A stretch of DNA of 64,000 nt, taken from NCBI GenBank assembly GCA_965178125.1, contig OZ237737.1, positions 1,116,001 to 1,180,000 on the forward strand, given 5' to 3'. The position numbers and the translations under genes are program-made. Of this stretch, positions 11,141 through 23,485 are shown piece by piece. The notes under the pieces are model-generated. The model was not told the origin of the DNA and did not search any database. It worked only from the letters and a program-made list of their open reading frames with translations. The stretch comes from Bilabrum cf. latius (taxonomy: Eukaryota). Numbering within the stretch: position 1 is the first letter of the stretch; each line of letters starts with the position of its first letter.

Positions 11141-12151
11141 TTAAAACAAGAAGCACTTGCTTTGAGTGACCGCGTATCTATTAATCTTATCTATATAGAT
11201 CCATCGACTGGATTTAAACTAATCCTCTAAAAGATGAATCTGTTTTTTGCTTAAACTTAAGTATTTACATAGCATGAATTCGCGATCACGCTCGGGAGTC
11301 TATCTGTAAATAATATAACTCTAACACTCTCGATGCAACAAACGGGTTTTTCTGTAATCACTGGGAGAGTGCGTAACCCATATTACACTCGCTCCATGGG
11401 ATCTTCCTTTAACAAGTAAGTGTTCGGCTAAAAACATGGCTCTTGATTCTAGTTCCCCCTCGATATCATCAAACATCAACACACTTGGACGTTCTAGTAA
11501 TTTGTGCAATCCCGGTGTTAAAGTATATTTACCACCTCTTTTCATGGCAACTTTCATTCTATCCAAGGCTTTCTCACCCTCAATCCTTTGTTCTGGATCC
11601 ATGCCTTTCTTTGTATGTTTAAACTCAATTACTGCATCTCGATATAATCTTGCTGAATCGTCTGGAACAACCAGTTCATGAATCGGGACTTCTATCATTC
11701 CTAATTCTTTGAATCGAGATTCCTAGGGTTTTCCGTTTACTACTACAATCTACAAGTTTGGATTTAAGTTTCTCATTGTTTGCAATATCTCAATTCCAAG
11801 AGTCGTCTTGCCACTTCCAGACATTCCAAAGTTGTAAATACAACAACGAGGACTCTCTTTAGTCATCAAGGGGATGATCTTTCCACTCTAGTTTTTAAAT
11901 TTGTAGATTTTAAAACCCCTATCTCGTAACTCCTCCCAGTGCTTTGGTTGATTCTTGACGATTCTAGCCTTGCGTTCGCCGATCTTGTACCTTAGGTAAG
12001 CCTAATCTACTGTTTCTTCTTCTGAGTCTTCAGAATCGCTGTCGCTTACGTTTTCATAAACTTTCGGCATGAAATAAATCACCTTTCCATCTCCGTAAAG
12101 TGAATATGCTATTGGATTACTGTTTTCCTATCTCATGGTACTTAAACTCAT
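11141..12151 (-). CDS. A32/FtsK-HerA genome-packaging ATPase
   Basis: Walker A GMSGSGKTT, Walker B LMFDDIE, KGRSHG and WVTH; continuous only with TAG read-through. Confidence 0.85.
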
Positions 12152-12193
12152 ATATATAGACGTACATGAGAAATTATTTCTTGCCAAGTATAT

Positions 12194-13639
12194 ATGAGTA
12201 GTAATATCTCTACACAAGAACAAGAGCGATTGATGCTCCTTAAACTATTACAACAAAGTATCGCTGGTTCTGCAGGAATCGAGTAGGAACGAATCGGTGA
12301 ATTACAGCAAGATATCTAGGATCGCGTACAAGCCTTTAAACGTGCCGAGCGAACTAAGAAGTTACGTAAAGCAGGTTTCCTAAATGAGGAGGAAATGCGC
12401 GATAATCGCAGGGCAAAAGCCAGAATCAGTACTTTAATGACTCAACTAGAGCGAGAGGATGATGAAAATATGGATTCCATGATAAATATTGCTTCCAAAA
12501 TCGTTGAAACCCTTGGAATGCACGATATTGTTGATCCCAAATACATCGAGTCCCTAAATCGACGAGTTGACAAATTAACACCAAACCGTATAGGTGCTTT
12601 AGCCCAACTTGCATACGATGAAGCCATGGAATCTGCCAGTCAAGCTTTACTCAAGAAAGTTCAAGATCCCGAACTCAGACGCCGAGGAACACAAAGCAGT
12701 GCAACTGGTGGTCCTTCATCATCTATCAATCCCATTGATCTGGATGACGGTATCGGACCGGCTAGTGGTGCTGGACAAGGCGGCGATGGCGGAGATGATG
12801 TTGGTAAAGATGGAGGTGGAGATGATGATGATGATGATAGTGCAGATGATGATACCCAATATGTTGATGGAGCAAGCTTTTTCTCAAATAGCAACACCCA
12901 AGAGTCTAAAGCACAAACAGAATCCTCTAATCGTTAGGGCATATACAGACCAAGTATTGCATCACCTAAAAAATCAAAAGCTCTTAGGGCAAAATCCAGG
13001 ATTCCAATTAAACCAAAAGCCAAATCCAAACGGAAAATTAAAGTATCCGCTAAAGCACGTGCTAGTGCCGAACAAGGCAGCGCCGAAGGCAAAGCAGCTG
13101 CTCAAGGTGCTAGCGAGAGCGCAAGTGGTTCTGCAAGTGGTGCAAGTGGTGCAAGTGGTTCTAGTGAAGGTGCAAGTGGTGCTGCAAGTGGTTCTGCAAG
13201 TGGTGAGGTTAAAGGCAGAGGTGCTAAGCAACCAAGCAAGAAAAACTCCAGCAAACCCGATTCCATCCAGAAACGTGCCATGCAACTCGCTGGTGCTAAA
13301 CGCCGTGCATACGTGAACGCCACACAAGGCGAAGCTTTACGAGATGCGTATAATGTAATTAAAGGAGGCAAACCTTAGTTTCCTGTTGCTCAAGATAAAC
13401 AAGCAAGTAATTTGAAAGGCGGAGGCTTACTGCAAGAGGTTGGTAAACTAGCTTTTGATGGTTTAGTAGCTGGACCTTTACGCAAAGTAATTGGTGATAA
13501 GGGATTAAAAGCAGTTGCTCCAAAAGCACACAGGAGAATCAATGCTAATGAACGTCGTGCTGGCAAGCAAGGTTAGAAAGCATAGGATGAGCAATTACTA
13601 TTAGATCGATTAAGACGTCGAAGACGTGCTAATGGATGA
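12194..13639 (+). CDS. Low-complexity protein with acidic, basic and SG-rich tracts; possible core protein
   Basis: Single frame ATG 12194 to TGA 13637, broken only by TAGs; ends RLRRRRRANG. Confidence 0.6.
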
Positions 13640-13676
13640 GTTATGTTAAAAATAATAATATATAGAGAAATCATAT

Positions 13677-14087
13677 ATGTCAGATATTAATGGCGAACAA
13701 TGTCGTATTTGGAGGTATAAAGGTAGACTCCATAGAGTTGGCGGTCCAGCAATTGAATTTGTCAACGGTAGAAAGGAATGGTGGTCTCACGGAATACGCC
13801 ACCGAGCAGATGGTCCTGCTATTATCAACCCTGATGGCTCTGAGTATTGGTATAAGGAAGGAAAACGCCATAGAAAAGACGGACCTGCATCCACAGATTC
13901 AGAAGGTACTAAAATATGGTACTGGCATGACGTACGCCATAGAAAAGATGGACCAGCGTGTATTTATCCCAATGGAGCCCAAGTCTGGATGTTCAAAGGA
14001 AAACGCCATAGGGAAGATGGACCAGCGTGTATTGGGGCTGATGGTCGAAAGGAATGGTATATTCATGGAGAAGAACAAGATGTCTAA
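13677..14087 (+). CDS. Repeat protein with WYxxGxRHRxDGPA units
   Basis: Five tandem repeats, same family as 2707-3330. Confidence 0.8.
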   Translation: MSDINGEQCRIWRYKGRLHRVGGPAIEFVNGRKEWWSHGIRHRADGPAIINPDGSEYWYKEGKRHRKDGPASTDSEGTKIWYWHDVRHRKDGPACIYPNGAQVWMFKGKRHREDGPACIGADGRKEWYIHGEEQDV

Positions 14088-14225
14088 AAATATTTCTGAG
14101 AATTCCCTATTAATATCAATTAAATTAATACGGAATTATTCGCAAAATCACAGTTGTCTGTGTACTTATATAGAGAGAAATTTATTTTTAAAATACCAGT
14201 GGGAATTTATCTATGATAATATATA

Positions 14226-15431
14226 ATGAATAGTATCACAGATAAATAGCGAAAAATACTCAACCACTTGTACTACGATAAAAAGAGTTTTCTTGGACGG
14301 GATCGCTTTTGGAAACTTGCTTTGGATTTCGGTGTAGATCTACCACGACGAACCGTCTACTCTTGGCTGAGTAATCAAGAGGTGTATCAAATGCAAAAAC
14401 CAACACGCCAAGCCAAAAGTATTAAATCTACTCGATCCAAAGCACCATTCAACAAACTACAAATAGATCTAGTTGATATGAGTAGTAGCACAACAGCAAG
14501 AGGAGCAAATTGGTTACTAACTGCGATTGATGCCTATACCCGAAAAGCATACGCTTTGCCAATGAAAAATAAAAATGAAAAGACTGTTCTTGATAGTTTA
14601 GATCTTTTGCTGGATGAACTACCCAAATTACCCAAATCCATCTAGAGCGATAACGGTTCAGAGTTTATCAACAAGAAATTTAAAGCCCGTTTAAAATCCT
14701 TGAAAATTAAACAGATTTTGAGTACTGCAGGAAAGCCTTAGACCAATGGACTCGTTGAAAGATTCAATGGCACGCTCAAAAGATTTATTAAAAGCGATTT
14801 ACTGAGCACAGGCGAAAATGATTGGGATGTTAACTTGCCATTATATCTCAAAGCATACAATTCCACTCCACAAACTACCACGGGTAAAGCACCTGATAAA
14901 TTGGTTGAGGAATGGAAACAATCAAATATGAAAGAGGCTCCTGAAATCAAACAAGCATCCAAGCAAGATTTGGCAACCCAGCAATTCAAGATTGGCGATC
15001 AGGTACGAATTAAATTAGTCTAGAACCAAAACTAGAAACGTGCGGAAAATTGGTCCAAGGATTTATACCAGGTTGCCGAGGTGTTTAAGCCACGATAGCC
15101 TTGGAGTCCTTTCCAGTATCAAGTTAAGGATAGCCAGGGAGGCTTACTTAAAACCAAGTATGGCAACGAGGATTTGCAACAAATCAATGCGGTGGAAAAC
15201 AAGAGTAAATTAGCGGAGCGATTTGAACTTAGTAGCATTACACGTCCCAGTGTCCGAGATGGCGAATAGGGATACATTGTTAGATACAAAGGATACTCTA
15301 AACCGGAATGGAATAGCCTGAAAAATTTGGAATTGGATGTACCAAAAATGGTACGGCTATTTGATAAGCGACACAATGTGGTTTGGAAAAAAGACAAGAA
15401 AGACAAATGGACTTTCTCATGGAAAAAATAA
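14226..15431 (+). CDS. rve (DDE) integrase with C-terminal chromo-like domain, Polinton/mavirus type
   Basis: LQIDLVDM, AIDAYTRK, I*SDNGSEF, KP*TNGLVERFNGTLK, YNSTP, FKIGDQVRI, YIVRYKGY. Confidence 0.92.
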
Positions 15432-15517
15432 CAGTTAAATTTCATTGATCATATTATATGAGTTATGAATAGTATTTGAAGTATAAAAACACACGTATTA
15501 GCACGTTGCCATAGTAC

Positions 15518-16528
15518 ATGAGTTATCTTAAAAGTATATATAATGATGATTTATATAGAATCACTAACAACACACCAAAGTTAAAAGTTGGTACCGATTG
15601 TAGTGGCATAGATGCACCAATTCATTCCTTAAAAATCATGAATGTACCTTTTCAATATGAATTTGCATCAGATATAGATAAATCAGCTGAAGCCAGTATT
15701 AAATGCAACCACCTACCGCGCATATTTTATGATAATATAATGACACGTGATCATTCAAAATTACCCAAACTAGATTTATATTGTGCCGGATTTCCATGCC
15801 AATCATTTTCAACATTGGGCAAACGTCAGGGATTTGACGATAATAAAAACAGAGGAACTGTGTTTTTTCACTGTTACGAAACCATAAAACAAACTCAACC
15901 ACAAATGTTTATTCTAGAAAACGTTAAAGGACTGTTAAGCCATGATAAAGGCAAAACTTTTAAAACAATCATGGATCATCTTTCAGCATTAAAAGGATAC
16001 TATATTCATCACTAGGTTTACAACACACTGGATTATGGATTGCCGCAATCCAGAGATCGCGTTTACATAGTGGGTACAAAAGGATCATTTGTGCCGCCCG
16101 AGCCCATAAAATTACCCATAGGAATTAAGGAAATACTTGAACAAAATGTTAATGATCCATATTATTTTCAAATCACACCACACAAGAACCAATTAATCAA
16201 AGATTCTTTGTCCAATGGATTGATTGATAACATCAAGAATGATTGGGTAATGAATTTAAATGTATCATCATACAAAAGAACAGGTGCTTAGCTGGGAATA
16301 TCACCATGTTTACTTGCTGGAGGTGGTGGTAATTGCACATTTTTTATTACATCACTCATGCGCAAACTAACACCCCTAGAATATCTAAGATTGCAGGGAT
16401 TTCCTCCAGATTTTAAAATTTGCGTTAGTAGAGCACAGACATATAAACAGGTTGGAAATGCAATGTCGGTTAATGTGGTGTGTTTTATTCTAAAAAGCAT
16501 GCTGATGGGATTGAAAGGGGGAAAATGA
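15518..16528 (+). CDS. DNA (cytosine-5) methyltransferase
   Basis: DCSGI, AGFPCQSFS, ENVKGL, PQSRDRVYIVG, RKLTPLEYLRLQGFP and QVGNAM; TAGs at 16013 and 16289. Confidence 0.92.
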
Positions 16529-16616
16529 CGCGCTGTTAAAAGAACTGGATATCATTTATGCATTAAATCATTTACATAAAAAATGATTTAAGGCTAATTT
16601 ACATTAATTAGAATAT

Positions 16617-16940
16617 ATGGAATACAGTCAACTCCTTCCTTTTAAAATCATGTTTGATAAGAAATCCGATCGATTATTGCTTGGATGTGTGGAATTTCCA
16701 ATCGAAGAAATAGAAAGAATAGAACTATCTCGCATTAGCAAAAATGCCATCGATTTCCACCTGCCTTTACTTAAAAAAGAACTCGAGCTAATGGATATTG
16801 ATCCTAATCACTCTGATCTAAAATACAAAGCAGTTAAGCCTAGCACTGGTGGTCCATCCCTTTATCAATCACTCAATACCGAAAACAAAATTGAAGTGAT
16901 AAACCAAATCTTAGATACATTAAATCTAATTTCTACTTAA
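16617..16940 (+). CDS. Hypothetical protein
   Basis: Open frame preceded by the recurring AAATGATTTAAG motif. Confidence 0.55.
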   Translation: MEYSQLLPFKIMFDKKSDRLLLGCVEFPIEEIERIELSRISKNAIDFHLPLLKKELELMDIDPNHSDLKYKAVKPSTGGPSLYQSLNTENKIEVINQILDTLNLIST

Positions 16941-17101
16941 AGAAATATCTCAATATACTTTGTGCGATGAATCTTAAAAACGTTTCCTCCTTGTCATTCG
17001 AAATTTGAATTAGTTTTCATCGTACTAGTATAGGAAATACCATGGAAATACCTGTTTGTTAATCCATTGATTCTAAGTATTTACTCATTAAATTCATCAA
17101 T

Positions 17102-17172
17102 GGGATTATGTTGTAACGGTAGCATACTAGCCTCATTAGCTAGAGATTCAGGTTCGATTCCTGATAATCCAC
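17102..17172 (+). tRNA. tRNA-like gene, anticodon CAT (Met), with some non-canonical positions
   Basis: GGATTA/TAATCC acceptor stem, CTAGC-CTCATTA-GCTAG anticodon arm, TCAGG-TTCGATT-CCTGA T arm; mismatches at 1:72 and 10:25, pyrimidine at 37. Confidence 0.7.
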
Positions 17173-17197
17173 ATCCAAAGAAAACTAACAGCAATTA

Positions 17198-17290
17198 ATT
17201 TGCGTTCCACTCTGCAAATCTCGGTTCGATTCCGAGGTGATACCTAGTATCACTAGTCACAGCAGCGAGCAATGTTTTCTGCAAAAACAT
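17198..17290 (+). ncRNA. Second tRNA-like structure with rearranged arm order
   Basis: ATTTGC/GCAAAT hairpin, perfect T arm CTCGG-TTCGATT-CCGAG, then GTGATAC-CTA-GTATCAC. Confidence 0.4.
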
Positions 17291-17333
17291 CATTTGTTTC
17301 TGGGTTTCTTATTGTAAGAAACTCAAACTCAAA

Positions 17334-17930
17334 TTAACTAGCATTTTGTGTATTTCTTTTCACGAACACTGGTTTAATTTTACCTTTAACACCATTTTTG
17401 TACCATGTTTGTGTTCCATGAAAATTAATAACTGCTGGACCATCATCTCTGTGAAGTTTGCCATTTATGAACCATTTTTTAGATACATTACCTTGATGAT
17501 TTATAGTTTCTGCTGGTAGATCACCGTCTCTGTGACGTTTACCATTTTTGTACCATGTTTTAGTTGTACGATGCAGTAGTATCCATTTTTCAATAACTGC
17601 TGGACCATTTTCTCTGTGAAGTTTGCCATACTTATGCCACATCGTTGTGTCACGCCATATCGTGTTATTCCACCTAATTGATGGCAAATCATCAATTGAA
17701 TGTAACTTCCCCCTTAATATAAATATATAATTTGAACCCCAATGCAATCTTACAGATTGGCTATCAGTTCTTAGAATTGGTTGAGTTGCTGAATTAACTT
17801 GTCTACAAACTGGACACTTGGTTGTATCCAAAGAATTATGGCACTCATTACAAAACGTGCCATCTTTACAACATCCATTATGAACATATTTCCAATCATT
17901 TATATCCTATAAACAAATACAACATTGCAT
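17334..17930 (-). CDS. RING-like zinc finger + WYKNG/HRDGD repeat protein
   Basis: MQCCICL*D...GCC...FCNEC...KCPVCR followed by the repeats. Confidence 0.75.
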
Positions 17931-17952
17931 TATAATTAATGTTTGTATTTTT

Positions 17953-18333
17953 TTATACTGATTCTTGTTGTCTTGGTGCTGTTGATCCAATAGTTATTAT
18001 GTTTGGTTGATTTGGAACATTTGTCATCGGTCTTGGTCCTGAGGATTCTAATTGTTGAAGTCGTTCTTTCAACAACTCAATTTCTGGTCGTATTTCTTCA
18101 TTAATAGCACGAACACTAAACATTGACTACATAATGCTCATACAAATATATAAATATGAAAAAAAACCAAATATTCCAATACCTACCTTTACTGTCGTTG
18201 TGTATTCATCTTGTCCATAAAAATACATGAACAAACTTATGGCTGTTATAGCCGATAATCCTGTACATATTTCACTGTGACATCCATATACTTTTTTTAT
18301 TTTTATTTCTATTTCTGATTCTGATGTTCTCAT
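17953..18333 (-). CDS. Two-TM membrane protein with coiled-coil tail
   Basis: Two hydrophobic stretches; reads through TAG 18127 to TAA. Confidence 0.55.
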
Positions 18334-18388
18334 ATATTATAATATATCATTTTAATCTTAAATCATTTATTTAAAAAATGATTTATTA

Positions 18389-18943
18389 TTAATTCCAATC
18401 ATCCCGTTCATCAGTGGTTAAGCACCAATCTACCACTCTATTGGGATGCCATGCTTTTGCCATTAATTCCTGTTTAATCTATCTAGTTTGCATTCGAGTT
18501 TGATAACCACGTTGCTTGTTTAACAGTTCGTTGTAGGGTTTCCATTTGGAAATTAACAACTATTCAGAGTATATTTTTTGCATTATTAACCTATAAATTC
18601 TATCATTCAAATACTCATCATCACACAAAAACACAGGATCAAACAGTAAGGTACAACTGTGACTATCGTCAAATTCTAATATAGCATAAACATTCATTGT
18701 GTTAAAAGATATAGTCAGCTTAGTTATTTCTTCCATATCAAAAGTATATAATATAGCATATTGCATTCTTGGGTTTTCTAAGCATTTAGCAAATTTATTT
18801 GCTGATTCTTTCGTATCTATAAGTTCGAAACCATGTTCATACCACTCTCGATTCAATAACTGTTGCTTTTTTCGCTTTTTTCGCTCCTTTCGCTCTAAGT
18901 AACGAGCACGTTTCGACTATATGCGATGCCAATTTTTATCCAT
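18389..18943 (-). CDS. Hypothetical protein with C-terminal KQELMAKAWHPNRV motif of the kind seen in giant-virus proteins
   Basis: Continuous with three TAGs read through. Confidence 0.6.
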
Positions 18944-18998
18944 TTAATATTGTATAACATTTTAATCTTAAATCATTTTAGCGATAAATGATTTATTA

Positions 18999-19298
18999 TT
19001 AATCTTGAATAGGCACAAACACGTTTTGTTTATGTAAAGGCAACCAATCGATTGCTTTGGGTAAGCTTGCTAAATACTCAGGTCGCTATTCAACCTTGTA
19101 ATTAGTGATTGAATGAGGGTATTTGCCCAACTTAAGTTGGTTTAAAATCAATCGAGATACAGGATGTTGGTTTAGCACATCTGGATACTGTTGCTCTAGC
19201 AATTCCATAGCCTTATTGATATTGTAAACCAAATATGTATGCTAATCGCCTTGTAAATCCGTTACTGTTAAAATTATGTTATGAGTTCCTTTCGCCAT
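18999..19298 (-). CDS. Hypothetical protein, paralog of 22932-23216
   Basis: HNIILTVTDLQGD*HTY versus HNIVLKVIDLEGDQFMY. Confidence 0.65.
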
Positions 19299-19363
19299 TA
19301 TATATATAATAAATCAAATTAATCTTAAATCATTTAAGATTAAAATGATATCCAGTTGTTCAG

Positions 19364-19873
19364 TCATGATCCCCAATTAACGTACCAGTATCCATTTCTA
19401 GGATACAATCCTTCAAAATACTGATGATGGATATCAACACCACCAAACCATTTGGATTTCAATCTAGCCTCTTGTTCGAGTTCCAAAATACAATCGAGTA
19501 AGTAACGTGTGGTAAATCCGCCTTCCTTATTGCTATTGAATGATTTTAGGGTATCGAATGATTTAAGCCTGATCTTTTTTTCAGGGTAGACAATTTTATC
19601 AAGTAAATCATCTGGATAAGGAAGGAGTTTACTCTCATATTTATTTTCAAGAGTTGTAACATGAACCAACAATGGTGACCAATGGATTCCAGTTGGTACA
19701 GTACCTTCATCAACACGTTCGTTGTATAGAGTGCCGATGCGATGAACTGCTGATTTATCGATTTCAAATATCAGATTAGCAGAAACAGCTTCTAGCAAAC
19801 AATTTTTGTTTTGAATAGTTAATCGTGTATCGAAATCCTCTGGAATTGATTCATCGGAGTCGCTTCTTTCCAT
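19364..19873 (-). CDS. Hypothetical protein
   Basis: Open frame from MERSDSDE to FEGLY....WGS. Confidence 0.6.
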   Translation of the reverse strand: MERSDSDESIPEDFDTRLTIQNKNCLLEAVSANLIFEIDKSAVHRIGTLYNERVDEGTVPTGIHWSPLLVHVTTLENKYESKLLPYPDDLLDKIVYPEKKIRLKSFDTLKSFNSNKEGGFTTRYLLDCILELEQEARLKSKWFGGVDIHHQYFEGLYPRNGYWYVNWGS

Positions 19874-19946
19874 ATATACAAAGTAAATCAAATTAATCTT
19901 AAATGATTTCTTTTTTAAATAATATCCAGTTTAAAAGCGTGTCTCA

Positions 19947-20191
19947 GTTTTGTGTCTCACTTTTTACTTGGTTTAGTACGGATTTAATACGGAAGTTCTG
20001 TGTTCCATGTTTTTTCCACACTCTCTCTCAATAATTCATTTTTTACATTTCTCTCGAATTTCAAAATTATCATAATATCTGTGATTGTCAGAAAAAAGAA
20101 GGAAACATGGAACATTTCTTTTAATTTCTTTTAAATTATGGAACATAACTTAGAACAAACTTAGAACAACTCAAAAAAACTGAGAACATAC
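19947..20191 (-). repeat. ~250-bp dispersed repeat, copy 1 (inverted relative to copies 2 and 3)
   Basis: Near-identical reverse complement of 23224-23470 and 24279-24520. Confidence 0.9.
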
Positions 20192-20197
20192 TTATAA

Positions 20198-22498
20198 TTA
20201 AACCAAACACTCTTTATTCATCTTAATCTAGATCTTAATTCTTTCTGATGGTTGTACTATATCATCCTATGGATCCTCTACGCCTCCACTGGATTCCTCC
20301 TCAATTGCCATCAAACCCACATACACATAGGTAAGGTTTCCTGCTACTCTTGCTCGTTTCTTTGTAATACCCTAATTCTTTAACCATCGGGTTAGTTTAT
20401 TGGCAGACATGCCACATTTACTAAACTTTTCTTTTACTGTATTTACCAACTCTTGTTCGCTTTCCACCTGCTTGAAACATTTGGTAAACACCACGTATGG
20501 ATCACCCATCTAATCCGCCGTTAAATCATTCATCTCCTGCTAGAACTCTTTGGGTGGTACGAGATCTGCTCCACTGGATTCCTAGTATTGTTCAAATATT
20601 GCCCATGCCATTGCATCACCCAACCATGGTGTTTGATTGATCCATTGTTTAATATTTGGATCTCCTGCTTTAATGGTTTTGGTTGGGTTTAAGGAGGAAT
20701 CAAACTTAAAGGGAAATAGTACGATTCTGCCAGTATCCATAGCATCTGGAGGATTACTGGTGGGAATCTAATTAAAATTCATGAAACTTATACAGTTGTT
20801 GGAAACAGTAACCTCATTTTCTCTCATTTTACGGCACTAGAAACTATCACCACCACTAGCAATCACATTCTTTATAATGTTACCACTTAGCACAGCAGTT
20901 TTTTTGCTATCTCTGCTTTCGTTGGTAAATGCAATTCGTGCCTTGTGCATATTGGCAGTTAATACAAATCGTAAATCCATTGCCTAATCGGTAGAATTGA
21001 AATCTTTAGTAATCGGAGGATTGTACTGGGTTACATACTCTGCAAACGCTTTTTTGATTGCCTCCTATATTGTGCCTTTGCCACTATTTCTAGCACCCGT
21101 ACATAACCCAAAAAATTTATCACTAACACATCCTGAGATTGCTCTTGCAAACAATTTTAAGGTGTAATCTCTCTATTCATCGTTGCCAAACACATTCAAA
21201 ATACGTTCCTACAACTCGACGAGATGGGGGTGATCCCATCCTTGGTTTTCATACTATTCAAACAGTTTAACTGGAGCAGGGCGATTGATTCCTACAAGGC
21301 TGGTGGTGTTGCCTCTGGGTTGCCATTTGCGTTCGCTCATGTTCCAAACCTGATCGGAGAAAAAAACCAATCCGCGAGATTGATGATTGATGTTGGTTAA
21401 CCAAGTTGAACCCTAATCCTCTGCAAATGCTTTGATCATTTCGGCGATACGTTTAGCACCGCTTGCGTTGCGTGAAAAAGAGTTATCGTTTTTCCGTAAA
21501 TCTAAGTGGGCGATCATTCTAATTAAGGGGCTAACGCCTTCTTCCCAGATTCCTTTGTTGTTTAAGATATAGAAACTATCGCCTGAACGAACAAACTGTT
21601 TATTGTAATAATCTAAGAATATCTATGCACCATCCGTATCATCATCAATGGATTGCCCAATCACTGATTGGTTTTTCACAAGTTCCTCAGGATCTAGTGA
21701 ATGCAGAGGTTTCTCTACAATTTTCACCTTGTATCCCGTTTCTTGTTCAATAAACTATTCCATTTCGGGGATTTTAGAAGCACTCATATTACCCAATAAA
21801 CATCCATCATGAATTAAAGCGCCCACCTCAACTTGGTTTTGAGTGCACCACTTATACATTGCCATCAATGCATGGCGCTCTAAACTCTAAACAATTGTAG
21901 AACAATAGTGTCGGTATTTATCATGGCGTTTTTTGCTGGTTTTGCAACTATCAAGTTCCTTTTGCCATTTTTCTTGTTCTGAGATAAGTTTTTTCATGAT
22001 GGGATCAAGTTCGGATTTAAGTTTATGGAAAAACTGGGGAGCATCAGATTCTAATCCACCACCATTTAACAATCTCAAAACTTGGTTTTTGGTTGGTTTC
22101 CACTTTTTCCTAAGGAGTTGTACATTGGCACAATACAAATCCAATTGAGGGCATTCAATCTCACGTTTCGATAAATACTGGGAAAGCAAGTGGGGGTGGC
22201 AGTTTTGAATATCATAATCGTGGTAGATACCTTGAGCCAGTAATCCCCTAATTGGAGTGTACATTTGGGTGTAACAAAAACCAGTGTTGAATCTGCCTCC
22301 AAACTCATTATCATCGGTTGTGTATACCTATCGAATGGTGGCGATTGAAGGGTTATCACTCAAAGGTTTTGCACGTTTAATCCATTTGAGAAATGGTTTA
22401 AACTATCCTTCGGCACTACCAAATGATGCTCTACTGCTTTTGAGTTGTTTGGCATAATCCAGATTAATCTTGCTATCAATAGTTACTTTTGTGGTCAT
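20198..22498 (-). CDS. PolA-like (TVpol) primase-polymerase fused to D5/SF3 helicase
   Basis: GGRF, DYDIQNCHP, LIHDG; Walker A GARNSGKGT, IAFTNES, IASGGD; 767 codons interrupted only by TAG as far as read. Confidence 0.82.
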
Positions 22499-22567
22499 CT
22501 TATATTATATAACATATAAAATTCTATAATTCATTTTTTTTTAAAAACGAATTATGATTCAGTAATA

Positions 22568-22855
22568 TTAAAAGTATTGTTGATGAAGATCGAAAAGGTA
22601 TTTTTGTTGTTTAGGGGAAAGGCGTTTAGGGGATTGGGAGATACTCTGGATAAACTAGCGATGCCGATCGGGAAGGGAGTTGCTTTGGAGTAAATCTTGG
22701 ATGCATTGGTTTTGTTTGGCGAGTAAGTTAGCAGTTTTGGGATTGGGGAGCCATTTTAGCCATTTTCCACAATCGGCACAAACACGTTTACCATAGTGAA
22801 TACTATTTTCTAAGATAATCGAGGTTTGAGAGGTGTGAGTGCATTTATTTATCAT
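22568..22855 (-). CDS. Small Zn-ribbon protein
   Basis: CTH...HYGKRVCADCGKWLKWLP; extends past TAG 22655. Confidence 0.65.
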
Positions 22856-22931
22856 ATATTATAGGGTTAGAAATAATTCTTAAACTATTTTTTGGAAAAA
22901 TGAATTAAAAAATACAGGATAGATTATAGAA

Positions 22932-23216
22932 ATGAGTAAACATAATATTGTATTGAAAGTGATAGATTTAGAAGGCGACCAGTTTATGTATTAGGTTAGG
23001 AATTGTAATATTGTGCCAGAACTGTTGAAAGAATTGCACTCGGAACTGTATAAAAAACATTCAATCAGTAGAATTACTGTAAACCTGCTGAAAAAAGGAA
23101 CTTACAAAGTAAAAGATAGTAGTGAAGGTGTCTCAAAACATTACAAAGTAGAACCAGTATCGCCGGATTTATTGCCGATGCGAAAACCATGGAAATGGTT
23201 AAAGATTAGTAGTTAA
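22932..23216 (+). CDS. Hypothetical protein, paralog of 18999-19298
   Basis: ATG 22932, one TAG, in frame with ORF 23013-23216. Confidence 0.65.
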
Positions 23217-23223
23217 GTTTATT

Positions 23224-23485
23224 GTATGTTCTCAGTTTTTTTTGAGTTGTTCTAAGTTTGTTCTAAGTTATGTTCCATAATTTAAAAGAAATTAAAAGAA
23301 ATGTTCCATGTTTCCATGTTTTCTCTGACAACCACAGATTTTATGATAAATTTGAAATTCGAGAGAAATGTGAAAAATGAAATAATGAGAGAGATTGTGA
23401 AAAAAACATGGAACACAGAACTTCCGTATTAAATCCGTACTAAACCAAGTAAAAAAGTGAGACACAAAATGTGGAACTCTTTTAA
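23224..23485 (+). repeat. ~250-bp dispersed repeat, copy 2
   Basis: TGTTCTCAGTTTTTTT...GTGAGACACAAAATGTGGAACTCTTTTAA. Confidence 0.9.

Noticed and set aside
12609-13371. ORF 12609-13316 (VVLQVVQ repeats) and antisense ORFs
   Set aside because: Alternate frames of the SG-rich gene 12194-13639.
17102-17172. Virus-encoded amber (CTA) suppressor tRNA explaining the recoding
   Set aside because: The anticodon loop is CTCATTA (CAT); CTA occurs only in the stem.
19947-23485. Inverted 250-bp repeats as the terminal inverted repeats of the whole virus
   Set aside because: Viral genes continue on both sides, and a third copy exists in direct orientation.
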